64,000 bases of DNA from Hypanus sabinus (GCF_030144855.1 NC_082715.1:146134001-146198000), one strand, 5' to 3'. Counted from the stretch's first letter, positions 38,195-50,464 are shown. Notes: a model not told the origin generated them from the letters alone. Program-made: numbers and translations.

Positions 38195-40350
38195 ACCAGC
38201 AGACCATCAGACCCTCGACCCTGCTCCGCCATTCGTTCATGGCTGAGTTAATATCCTTCTCAATCCCATTCTCCTACCGATTCCGCGTAACCTTTGACGC
38301 CCTGACTATGCAAGAACCTATCAAGCTCCACTTTAAACATACTAAACAATTTTGCCTCCACAGACGTCTGTGGCAATGAATTCTGTAGAATCAATATCCT
38401 CTGGCTCAAAGGATTCATCCTCATCTCTGTTCGAAATTGTCGTCCCTCTTTTCCAAGCCTGCACCCTCTTGGTCTAGATTCAGAATCGAAAGGAAACATC
38501 CTCTCCAAATTCACTCTGTCCTTCAATACTCGACAGGTTTCAATGAGATCCCCTGTCATTCTTCTAAACTCCAGCAGGTACAGATCAAGTGCCATCAAAC
38601 GCTCCTCAAAAGTTATTCCTTTCATTCCCGGCATCATTCTTATGAAACTCTTTTGAACCTTCTCCAATGCAGCACATATTGTTTTTAAGATAAAGGGCCC
38701 AAATTTGCTCACAACACTCTCAAGGAGGTCTGAACAATGCTTATAAAGCCTCAGTATTACATTCTTCTTTTTACATTCTAATCAGCTCGAAATGAATACC
38801 AACATTGCTTTTCCTTTCTTTACCAACTCAGCGTACAAGTTAACCTTTAGGGGATAATGCAGAAAGACTCCAATGTCGCGTTATACCGCCGATATGTGAA
38901 AATTTCCCTCGTTTAGGAAATGGTCAAACGTTTATTCCTTCAATCAAACTGCATGACCATACACTTCCCTCCATTATTTTCCATCTGCCACTTCTTTGCC
39001 CATTCTGCCAATCTGTCTACATATCGTTGAGAGACACTGCTTCCTCAATACTACCTGCCCGGCCATCTATTATCGTATAGTCCGCAAACTTGGCCAGAAA
39101 ACCATCAATTCCGCCATCTAAATCATTGACATATAATGTGACAAGAAGCAGTCCCAACACTGACATCCTGCAGAACGTGACTAGTCACCAGTAGCCAACC
39201 AGAACCACCGCACTCTATTCGCACTCCTTACCAGTAAGCCAGTGTTCTATCTCTGCTAGTACCTTTCCTGTAAGTACAGCGGGTTCTTGTCCTGTTAAGC
39301 AGTCTCGTCTACGGCATGTTGTCAAAGGCCTTCTGAAAACCCAAGGAAACGATAGCCCTGACTTTCCTTTGTCTATCCCGCCTGTTATTCTCAAAGGATT
39401 CCAACAGCGATTCGCAGAAGGAAAGTATGCTGACTTCGGCTTATTTTATCATGTGGCTCTAAGTACCCCGAAACCTTATTCTAAATACTGGACTCCAACA
39501 TCTTATCAACCACTGAAGAAAGAGTAAAGAGTCTATAATTTCCTTTCTTCTGCCACGCTCCCCATAAAATAAAGGAGAGCCATTTACAATTTTCCAGTTC
39601 TCCAGAAGCATTCCAGAATCCAGTGGATCTTGAAAACTCAATTGTAAAGCCGCCACAATCTTTTCAGCTGCCTCCTTCAGAACCCTGGGGTGTAGCCCAT
39701 TTGGTCCAGGTGAACTATCTAACTTTAGACCTTTCTGCCTCCGTCTCCTTAGTAATAATGAGTATAATCTCTTCTGGCCCCTGACACTCTTGCAGTTCTA
39801 GCATTCTGCCGATATCTTCCACAGTAAAGGCTGACGCAAAGTATTTATTAAGTTCAACTGTAATTTATTTACTCCCCCTCCACACCAGCGTAATTTCCAA
39901 GCAGTCCAATATCCACTCTCGCCTTTCTTTTACGCTGCGTATATCTGAAAAGAATTCTGGTAACCTCTGTTTATTTTATTCGCGAGCTTACCTTCTTTTT
40001 ACTTCTTTTTTCTCCTGTGGCTTTTTCAAAGTTTCCTTCTGTTGGGTTTTAAAAGTTTGCGAATCCGCCAATTTAGTACTGATTTCTGCTGTATTTTATG
40101 CACTCTATTTTGTTCTTATGCTGTCCTTGACTTTTATTTTGTCGGCCATGGTTGCATTATCCTCCCTTCAGACTACTTTTTCATCTTTGGGATGTATCTA
40201 GTGCCTTCCGAACTGTTCCCGAAACTGCTTTTCTCCGTCATTCCTGCTAGTATCCAGTTCCAATCAATTTTGGCATATTCCTCTATCATGTCTCTGTAAA
40301 TGCTTTTACTTCATTGTAGTACTAATATATCTGATTTGAACTTCTCAAAC
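38195..40350 (-). mobile_element. CR1 LINE, 5'-truncated, in the J-C intron of cluster 1
   Basis: ORF 38260-38712 (ALEKVQKSFIRMMPGM..LEFRRMTGDLIE) and upstream RT remnants (DPLDSG..ENWKIVN..PLF). Confidence 0.88.
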
Positions 40351-40796
40351 TGCATGGTAAATTTTATCTCTTGTTACCTGACTCCTTTAAACAAAAAAGT
40401 GTATGGACCTCCACGGAGAAATGTGGGAGAACCATGTAGACACTGAAGCTGTGTCTTCTTGCAATGTCTAATATAGGAAAACAAAGTAGGACAGGTCTGG
40501 GGGAGGGGGGGGTGGCAGTATGGGGGAAGGAAGAAGGGTAATATTTAAACTTTGCATCTCAGATGGAGTCCCGAATAGAAAGGTCTCAAAGTTAACTATT
40601 TTCATTGAATGGTTCGAATGATTAAGACATAACCCATGGCGCTGGAAACCAATCGAGTTCTCATCAAAACAACAAGATTTATATACACGGGATACCTTTA
40701 AAAACGTCACCATATTGTAGATATATATGACAAAATATTAATCCACGGTACCAAATATTCAATCCTGCATCTAGCCAACGGATTAAGGTTACTTAC

Positions 40797-41156
40797 ACAA
40801 CAGCGTTAGCTTCGTTCCAGTTCCGAAGATGTATGTGCTGCTGGAGGTTACCCACACACCGCAATAGTAGTTCGCTTGATCTTCTTTTTGAACTCCGGTG
40901 ATGGTTAAATATCTGGAGTTGAGTGACGAGGAACTTCTACCGGAGAAACGATCTGGAGTACCTGATGCCCTGACTAGATCTTGAGAATCATGGCGCAGGA
41001 GATACCGAGGAGGAGCATTTTCAGTCCTTTGCTGGTACCAGGCTATTAAAGCGTTTCCCATGCCGACGCCTTTCACTGTACAGTAAATTTCGACATTTCC
41101 TCCCGGTTCAGTAGAAACAGATGGTGGCTGGCTTAGAATAACTTGTGCCTTTGATT
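40797..41156 (-). CDS. Germline-joined V-J exon, lambda-like Ig light chain, cluster 1 (intact)
   Basis: ttAG|aa tca aag gca caa gtt...ctg ttg t|GTAAGT; QVILSQPPSVSTEPGGNVEIYC..IAWYQQ..PRYLL..PDRFSG..LTITGVQKEDQANYYC-GVWVTSSSTYI-FGTGTKLTLL; V and J contiguous, no RSS. Confidence 0.96.
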
Positions 41157-41265
41157 CTAAGAGGGAAGACAGGCAATTTTGAAATATCTCAGAATATTTA
41201 ATATAGTTCTTTAACCTTAGTCACGGTGCGCTCAACAAGGAGGGAAACGCTAACGACAGACTTAC

Positions 41266-41314
41266 CTGAGACCAGAAGTACTATCAGAATGACAGCACCG
41301 AGATGCTTACACAT
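41266..41314 (-). CDS. Leader exon of IgL cluster 1
   Basis: ATG..MCKHLGAVILIVLLVS g|GTAAGT; hydrophobic, phase 1, 109-bp intron to the V exon; spliced L+VJ+C is 744 nt and open. Confidence 0.92.
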
Positions 41315-41423
41315 GGTGAAGAATGTGATAAACCCAGAACTGCTCATGACACGTCTCGGAAATTAATCGATTATCCGTGTCCTAGTCTCCTTTTATCAGC
41401 CTTATGAAGAAGGATCCAAATTT

Positions 41424-41431
41424 ATGCAAAT
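41424..41431 (-). promoter_or_regulatory. Ig promoter octamer, cluster 1
   Basis: Reads ATTTGCAT on the coding strand, 110 nt upstream of the ATG: canonical VL promoter orientation and distance. Confidence 0.85.
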
Positions 41432-42927
41432 CCTTAACCAAAGGGCAGAACACGATTGGAGCATCTGAACTGGAAGGAGTGACGTTAGTGGGTCATGCAC
41501 AAGGAGCTATAGAATTCTGAATACGGAATACTCACTTCCTGCTGAGAGGGGCTATACCATATTACATGTTCTAGGATGACAATCAATTGCTAGTTACAAA
41601 ATCAAATTGTATATTAATAACGAATAAATAAGTCACGTGTTCAAAGCGAATCCAATGTCATGAATTTCAAATAAAATAGTTTTGAATATGCAAACGCTAT
41701 GTTTGCGCTGTTCGTTCAATCATATGATATTAACAGCGCTGTATTCTATTTTCAATTGCGATTAAGAATATTATGTTCAATTTGAAGAGTTGTGATCAAC
41801 AGTGCACAACAGGGCAGATTATCTCGGTGGAGATTGAAGCATATTTAATATGTATTTTTGTCTTGCGGGATCAGTCTCATTAACAGAGCAGCTGGGGAGT
41901 GGTTTGTTCAGTTGCAGCCCATTCCAGTCTGTTGACGACCTGCACAATACCAACGTAAAAAGTATTTTATTAACTGACTACGGTTTTCTTTGAGCATTCG
42001 GGGCAAATGCTATTCCACCGCATTAATTTATCGCTGAAGTAGAGGTACCGAGACGAAAGCACTGCATTCTATACTCAATATTATTATTATTTAAAATCGG
42101 TCTAATATTTGTTACTGCAAGTTAACACGGACGAAATATTCTCACTGGGCTGGAAGTGGTTTGCCATATTTTAGTTTCAAAACGAATGCTTGGCTTTTCA
42201 AGATAACGGTGATGAGAAATATCTTCACTCAGAAGTTAAATATTTTAGTAATTATCTACCCAAGAGACATGTGGAGGCTTAATCTCTGAATACATTGACG
42301 GCAAGGGAAAATTGACAATACGATGTTGAAAGAAAGTTGAAAAATCACATAACCTGGAAAATAAAGATATGGGTTGTATTGGGAACTTCAAATCCATTCA
42401 ATGGGTGCTCATTGACGCCCCGTATCAATAGCGAAAGTAGTAAACCTCCACCAAATTACCAGCGATCCATTACTTCCCGCTTTTGAGCAATTGTTGCCCC
42501 AACTGATCGAAAGGTTTTAGATTTTACGTTGGCCCCAGTAGCTATCCCAGAACCGGACTAGACAAAGTGATCCTCAATACCAGGGGCCCATCCGAGATGA
42601 AGTAGAGACCACTGAGTGCAAGTGGCTTTGCGGTATTGTTGATGGAAACTGTGTTCCACCTTGTCCTGAAAACAGTGAAAGGCTGCCATGACTGTGAGAT
42701 GTGGGCTGAGAGTTGCAGCAGCGTAACAAGTGTAAGTGACAGTTCATGAGAGTTATTGCTATAGCAGTGATCTATGTGCAAAGCACAGAACCGTTTAGGA
42801 TTATCGTTCACTGCTTATTGGCATTTGTCAATGTGTGTATTCATCACAAGCGTGCACGTGATAACAGCAAATGTTTTCCCAGCAATGGACCTATGTCATC
42901 AATCAATGATTTTTATCATTAACACTG

Positions 42928-44730
42928 TGTCATAAGGTGGGCGCCGGGAGCGGACACAATTGCAAGATACAGACACTGAAGTACTAAGAACTGGACTGAA
43001 CTAAAGTTTGGGACGGGACGGGACACAGACCAGGAGAGGGGCAGGAACACAGACTTGGGCTAGGACTTTGGCTCGGAAAGCGGGACCAGGGCATGGAACT
43101 GGGAACTAGGAGCCTGGGCTTGGACTCCGAGCCAGAGACTGGACCAGAACCTGGGTCTTGACTGGGGCTCGGACCCCGGAATTAGGTTACAGGACGAGAC
43201 GAGGCTTGGCTGCAGGATTAGGCGGGGCTTGGGTTCTTTGAGGCTTGGTTGTAGGACTAGACATGGAACTCCTGCACAGGACGAGGCACATGGACAGGAC
43301 AAGAACCCGAAGCCTTGACTCGATCTTGGGACAACTGAACACGGAGCCTTGACCTTGAGAGAACAGGAACACAGAGCCTTGACCTTGAGAGAACAGGAAC
43401 ACAGAGCCTCGTTCTTGAGAGAACAGGAACACGGGCCTCGTTCTTGAGAGAACAGGAACACGGGCCTCGTTCTTGAGAGAACAGGAACACGGGCCTCGTT
43501 CTTGAGAGAACAGGAACACGGGCCTCGTTCTTGAGAGAACAGGAACACGGGCCTCGTTCTTGAGAGACAGGAACACGGGCCTCGTTCTTGAGAGAGACAG
43601 GAACACAGAGCCTTGGTCTTGAGAGAGACAGGAACACAGAGCCGGGACCCCTCCTTGGGAACAGGACTTGGGGCCGGGACTCGTACACAGAACACAGAGA
43701 GACAGTTCTCTACACATGGTAGCGGCAAACGTCCGGACCTACCAAGCGAATGCGTGGACACAGAGATGGTTCCAAATAACGATAGTCAGTTCCTTATCTG
43801 GACAGACCAAGGCTCCGGTCTTTCTCCGACGGTGGAACTTGACAGCGATACAGGCAAGGACGCAGGCAAAGGCTTCAGGAGGAAGAGAAAGGTGAAGGGA
43901 ACAGTCCCGCAAATGATGCTGAACCCAGGAGCTATTTATGTAGCCAGCCCAAAATGAGAATCCGCTGCCTCAATTAGAGCACCCAACAGAACAAGGGGAA
44001 ACCGGAAAACCTGGAATTAGGAACAATGGACGGGATCGTGAACCGGACTGCAGACTTCACGGACCGGACTATGACAGTAGCTCCCGCGCCCCCCCCCCCC
44101 CCTCTATGGGAGCCTCATGGCAACCCAAGTCTTTCCCAGACTATGTCGACACTGGCGGGTGGTAGGGAGGCATTCAACAGTGCAGAACCCAGGGTGGAAG
44201 ACACAACAGTGTCTGTGTCACTCGGTCTATGCTTTGCTGGACTGTTCTGCCATACAGGGGGCACTAGGAGTGGACCCAAATGCAAGACACAGACACTGAA
44301 GTACTGGGAACTGGACTGGACTAGAGTTAGGGTCGGGATAGGACACAGACTAGGAGCTGGGACAGGAACACGGACTGAGGAAACATGAACTAGGAACTAG
44401 GAGTTTGGAGTTGGACTTCAAACCAGAGACTGGACAAGGACACAGAACCTAGGTCTTGACTCGGGCTCGGACTCCGGAACTAGGCGAAGACATGACATGG
44501 CTATAGGGCTGGACATGGCTTGGGTTCTTCGAGGCTTGGCTGCAGGACTAGACATGGAACTCCTGCACAGGACGAGGCACATGGACAGGACAAGAACACG
44601 AAGCCTTGACTCGATCTTGGGACAACTGAACACGGAGCGTTGGTCTTGAGAGAACAGGAACGATGTTGAATAAGGAACGATGGACCAGACTGTGAACCGG
44701 AATGCGGTCTTCATGGACCGGACCATGACA
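42928..44730 (-). mobile_element. Non-autonomous LTR retroelement (Gypsy-like): LTRs 42928-44076 and 44248-44730, 171-bp internal region
   Basis: LTRs bounded by tgtcat/tgccat..atgaca; shared blocks (tgcaagaYacagacactgaagtact; ~125 bp about 96% identical); G-run polypurine tract on the minus strand just before the 3' LTR; flanks cactg/tactg form a 5-bp TSD with one mismatch. Confidence 0.8.
43357..43641. repeat. 29-30 bp minisatellite, about 10 copies, inside the 3' LTR
   Basis: Unit gagagaacaggaacacgggcctcgttctt; explains the overlapping repetitive ORFs at 43060-43761. Confidence 0.95.
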
Positions 44731-45399
44731 TACTGATGTTATTGACCTTCGCCAATACTGTCTCATGGTAATCTGGGTGGATTCCTGTGCCAGTGATCCA
44801 TTTCCCTTCTGCACCTCTACACAGTAGTCGTGAAGAAATAAAGGCTGGCGTTTTATGCTCTTCATTTTCTACATGGTCTACGTTTTATGCATGGATTGCA
44901 AATATGAAAATTAAGCACAAAAACAACTGAAGTTATTGAACACTTTCCTCTCTGAGATATAGTGAAATCTCTGAGCACTGCCTTCAGCTGGTGGGAGCTA
45001 CTCTCAAAACTGAATCCAGAGAATAAGAAAAAAAATGTTAAATCGTTGGTCACGAACACAATATTGAGGGGACAAGATGAAACATGAACAAAATGATCAT
45101 GGGCTACTCATTCATTAAAGTACTAGCATATATTGATCTTTCTCTACATTTAATTTGTTAAGATAAAGACAGCCGGGAAACAGGGACAACCTGTGCAATG
45201 CTCTGGCATCAACAGGACTCATTGTTAATTTCCTAGGTTAATACACTTAAAGGCCACAACAAATAACAGAACATAGTATTATAATTACATAACAGTGGGA
45301 ACCAAGCAAAACAGCGCTTATATTTTGGTAAAACTAGATTAAGTTTGAATCCATAGAAACAAATGAGGATTTTATTCTGATGCACTTAATTTGTAAAAG

Positions 45400-46580
45400 C
45401 ATAAAGTTAGGAAGGTATTTCTAAGAGGTAGGATCTATCTGTGTTTGTATTGCTAAGACTGATCAAGGAATGTAGTCGTACGAATTTAATTTGGTAGTTT
45501 GAAGGTATGACCAAGAATCTTGACGAGAGCAAGCGGTGGAAGCTACCTAATGGATTTTAGAATGGTTTTCGACAAGGTCCCTCATGGCGGACTGCTCCAG
45601 AAGGAGAATCACAAGGGATCGGGGGTTCAATTGCCAGGTGCATAATGAAGTGGCTTGGTGGAAGGCAGTAGAGGCTAGTAGCGGAGGATTGGTTTTCAGT
45701 TTGGAGGCGTGTGACAATTAGTATGACGCAGGGATCGGCACTGGGTCCCCTGTTGTGTGTTTATATATATTATTGATGTGGATGAGAATCCAGGTGGCAA
45801 GATTATTACAATGAAAGATGACACTAAAATTCATGGCATGGTAGATAATGAAGTAGGTTGCCTAATTTAACAGCATGGTGTATTTTAACTGGAATGGCGA
45901 GCAAATGAATGGCAGATGGAAGTTAACTCAGAGAAGAGAAATGTGATACATTTTGAAAAGTTATTCCAGGTCGGAACTTAGAGCCCAGAGGAGTGGTGGT
46001 GAACGGGAAGACGTGCAGTGCAAGAACAGATCCCTGAGAGTCACGAAACAGATAAACTAGTTGGTGATGTCGTCCTGAGGCATGCTTGCCTTCTTCGGGT
46101 GGGGCACTTGAGCACAACAGTTCAGATGTCATATAACATCTGGAATATTGTGTGCGTTTCCGTTCACCATACAATAAGTATTCAATGGTAAGAGTATAAC
46201 AGAGAAGAAGGGAAGTTGCTAGGACTGGAGGGCTTGAGTTAGGGACTGACTAGTTTGGGACTATTTTCCCTGGAGCGAAGGATACTAAGTGTGACCCTCC
46301 AAACGGCTATAAAATAATGAAGGGCATTCATAAGGTGGATGGTCAGTCGTTTTCCCAGGATAGGGGAGCCTAAAACTAGAATACAGAGGTACAACATAAG
46401 AGGGGGAAAAGGGGATCTGAAGGGCAAGATTATTACACAGAATGTGATAGATACATGGAACAAGCTGACAGACTAATTGATAGAGGATGGTACAATTACA
46501 ACGATTAAGGAACACTTGAACAGGTTCGTGGATTTATTTAGAGCGAGGTGGGCCAAATGCAAGCAAGTAGAGACAGGTCA
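45400..46580 (+). mobile_element. Decayed CR1 LINE RT to 3' end
   Basis: gacaaggtccctcatgg.., gatgacactaaaatt, gaatggcagatggaagttaactc, ctattttccctggagcgaagg remnants. Confidence 0.8.
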
Positions 46581-46619
46581 AATTTGGGCTGTTTTGTTTC
46601 CCAACTGTACCCATTGTTG

Positions 46620-47230
46620 CAATGTGCGTAGGGAGGCGACCCAAGCGCAAGACACAGGCACGGAGACGGATTTGGACATGACTTGGACATGCAGCCAGAA
46701 CTTGGACTTCACCTGGACACGAAACCTTAACTGGACACAGAGCCTTGGCTTGGACGGAACTCGGAGCTTGAAACTAGACTTGGACTCGAGTGGAACACAG
46801 AGAGCAGAATACTCAACTCTGAGTAGCAGCAAACGGCCGGACCTACTCAGCTGGAAACGAGATGACTAAACCAAAAAAAACGACAGGCCGCTCGTATCCC
46901 GGCTCAGAGCAGCGCAAAACAGCTGGACACGAGACTCGCGATTCGACCCAGGAACTGCCGACGTCAGGCCCTCGGCTCGACACAGGAACTGCCGACAACA
47001 GGCTGTTGACTTGACCCAGGAATAGCGGATGACAGGCTCTCGACTGGACCCAGGAATAGCGGATGACAGGCTCTCGACTGGACCCATTCTCGGCAGCTCG
47101 GAACCCTGCTGAGGTGACGAACCAGGCGCGAGTAGATCTAAGCTCGAGATATACACTGCCGGTTCGAAGGAGGAGCAGCTGACCTAATCAAGGAGCCCAG
47201 TGAAACACGGGGAAAAGGAAATTAACTGAA
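46620..47230 (-). mobile_element. Solo LTR-like fragment related to the 42.9-44.7 kb element
   Basis: Starts gacccaagcgcaagacacagg, like gacccaaatgcaagacacag; ggact/ggac repeats; internal 34-bp tandem x2 at 47013-47080. Confidence 0.6.
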
Positions 47231-47584
47231 ATGAGTAGCTAATGGATACGTCTATTTAATCCATGCTGTTGAATCTTGTGAATCACGTTGTTAACTCTGG
47301 ATTATTTTTTAAAAGCCACTGGTTTATGGGGCCATTTTGATCATTATTTCTTGGAGATTAGTAGAACGAAAACCATCCTTCTGAAGAATATTAAGTTCCA
47401 AGAGAACGTGACAGAAAAGTTGCGTTGAGGATGTGATCCTCTTGGTAGAATTAAGAACAAATGGACAACTGCAAGAAGGCGAGGACGAATTTCTTCACAC
47501 CTCACATAGCGAAATTCGAATTCTCTAGCCTTGAGAATTGTGGAGGCGTAATCAATGTCTTTATTCAAAGCCAAAGTGAATCTT

Positions 47585-49680
47585 TGGCGTCGGCCAGACA
47601 GTCTATAAAGGAAGAGGCTGAAAAGTAGATGCGAGGCAAAGCTCGATCATCCATGACCTTCCTGGACATTAGAATGGGTTCGATGGACGAGATTTTCCGC
47701 CTACAGCGGCTTGCGTTCTGTTCTTATATTTGTCAGTTTTGCATTGATTTGAAAAGACAGGATTGAAGTAAAATATATTCCAACATAGCTTAGCAGGTCT
47801 GTACTCACGTCATATTTTTTTTTTTGTTCGGATGCTTATGGTACTTTATTAGACTTTATAAAGTCTTATTCGCAATTAACAGCATACGAACATAAATAGA
47901 CTGGAATAGCGCTGTAGGACCGTAGTAACCCCCAATTACACTGCCCATTCCTGCCTCAAATTAAATCATATTTTACTCGATCACTTGCTTGTTTTCTTGC
48001 TGATCCTTATATCGATTATCCCCACTGTGTTCCAAACCACTGATTGCACCCACTGACGGATTAACCTCAGCTCTTTGAGCGAGAAAATTTGAAATAATCG
48101 ATACAAAGGGATACTCTGATTTTCCGCTTCTAAAATAGTGGATCTTATCCCGGGAGCACTCTCTCTCGTTCTGGATTTAACAGCAAAAGGAAAGGTCTTC
48201 TAAAATTCATGTTATTCACCTAATTTTTATTTGCTTGTCGCAATAAAATCATCTCACATTTTGCTGAAATCCGGTAACGTCATATCAGTCTTCTTAATGT
48301 CTGATAATCGGACTGCACTACATAAGTACACCAGTATCATGATGCGTTATTAATTTCAAAGCATGTATAAACTATCCTGGATAAAGAAAAACAAACAGCA
48401 ATCAGTATTCCATGTGTACTGTATTCTCGGGAGCACCCTGTACAATTTCAGCAACACCTTGGAATAATTGTCAATATACCTAATGGAACATGAAATAATA
48501 TCAACCAAATTAATACTGGCCACACATTTTAATTCCACGTCCCATTCCCATTCTGATATGTCTATCCATGGCCTCCTCTACTGTCACACTCAGGTTGGAG
48601 GAACAACACCTTATATACCGGCTGGATAGCCTGCAACGTGATGGCATGAACATTGACTTCTCTAACTTCCGTTAATGCCCCTCCTCCCCTTCTTACCCCA
48701 TCCCTGATATATTTAGTTTTTCCCCCTCCTCTTTTCTCTCTCTCTCTCTCTGCCCATCATTCTGACTGTTCTCCATCTCCCTCTGGTGCTTCCTTCCCCC
48801 TTTCTATCTTCCTAGGCCTCCCGTCCCATGATCATTTCCATTCTCGAGCTCTGTATCCCTTTTGCCAATCATCTTTCCAGCTCTTAGCTTCATCCCACCC
48901 CCTCCGGTCTTCTATCATTTCGCATTTCCCTCTCCCCCTCCTACTTTCAAATATCTCTTATCTTTCCTTTCAGATAGTCCTGACGAAGGGTCTTGGCCCG
49001 AAACATCGACAGTGCTTCTCCCTATAGATGCTGCCTGGCCTGCGGTGTTCCACCAGCATTTTGTGTGCGTTGCTTAAATTTGCAACATCTGGGAAGATGT
49101 CGGAATATCGACTTTTAAATTTTGAATGTCACGACTTCATATTCAATTCTGCAACATCGCAAAATCGATCCTATCTGCTATGTAAAGCTAACTTCTCTAG
49201 ATTTGAAATACAGAAGGAATGGATGCCTTAATGCGTGTGAAAGGTGAAACAATTCCTAAGATCGCTAACTTCAAATGATAGCATTGATATTCACTCCTCA
49301 GAAGCTGTTCCTTCTGCTGAGCGTTTTTGGTTCCGGGATCCACTATATTCTGATTCAGATTTTCAACTTGAGTTATGTTTTATGCAGAAACGGATATATA
49401 CCTGGAGCGCACAGAAACGGGATTTAGGCCAAGTCAGGGCACAAGCAATGTGGATTTATTTGACCATAAGGTTGGGAGTTTAGAGTGGCAGGCGTATTAG
49501 AAACCAATGATAAACATCTGACAAACAACTGACAAATATTAGAACAGAACGCAAGCAGCAGGAGGCGGAAAATCTCGTCCATCGAACCCATTCTAATATC
49601 CAGGAAGATCATGGATGATCGAGCTTTGTCTCGCCTCTACTTTTCAGCCTCTTCTTTTATAGACTGTCTCGACGACGCCA
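47585..49680. repeat. Inverted repeat, 154-bp arms (47585-47738 and 49527-49680)
   Basis: Hand alignment of left arm to reverse complement of right arm: ungapped, 143/154 identical. Confidence 0.95.
48495..49075 (+). mobile_element. Penelope-like element 3' fragment (GIY-YIG C-terminus plus terminal repeat)
   Basis: HFNSTSHSHSDMSIHGLLYC..RLEEQHLIYRL..LQ.DGMNIDFSNFR*, pyrimidine tract, then ctgacgaagggtcttggcccgaaac terminus. Confidence 0.85.
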
Positions 49681-50464
49681 GAGGTATTATCAGAAACATC
49701 AGAAGGGTGAAGGAGGGGTTAGGAGTCGCAATATATCAAATGTTGCCAATTTCATTAGTTCCATTATATCCTCTAAGAATCTGTTAAGGTAATTCTCCTC
49801 CGTTTCCAGTAACCATGTTAATTAATTATTAGATAAGGTGCTTTTTTCCACCACACCTGTATATTCACATTGCACTTTACTGTCTTCTCCTCAGAACCCA
49901 CAATACAAACAATTTGGATGTGCTGCATTTGGTCTCCGTATACAGATCATTGACGTAAATTATGAACAGCAGTGGCGGTAGCTCTGAAACTGCATGAATA
50001 CCACGTTTCCCCAAGTCAAACGAGCACTTAACCCTTAGTCCCTCTCAATATATTTCCTATAATGCAGTGATTCTTTTAAAATCTCGAGTATTCACCCGTT
50101 GTTATGCTTCCATTCGAAGGCCTTCTGGAAGCCCAAGAAAAGTTGGCTAAAAATTCGTACTCTTCTCAAAAAAGTATTGACAATTATTCTTGGATTTTTA
50201 TATTGACAACTTACTGATCACGCTAACGTACCGTCTGCTGTAAATATAATAATTTTTATGCAGACCTGACGTGTATTTCCTTCAGGGTAAAAAAGTTGAG
50301 AAAGGCTGCTCTAGAGAGTTTAGGTATTTTCTGTTTAACCTGTCCACATAGAATTATCCACTACGTCCAGATGCAAAACGAACGAATCCTTTTCATGTCA
50401 ACGCATTCGCATCCATCCTTTGAAAGGGATTCAGAACCTGTTCCAATTGAGCGCCTCGATAGTC

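Noticed and set aside
43060-43761. Long overlapping ORFs of 143-233 aa, and the array as a possible CRISPR
   Set aside because: Products of a spacer-less 29-30 bp minisatellite in an LTR; eukaryotic context, no unique spacers, no cas genes
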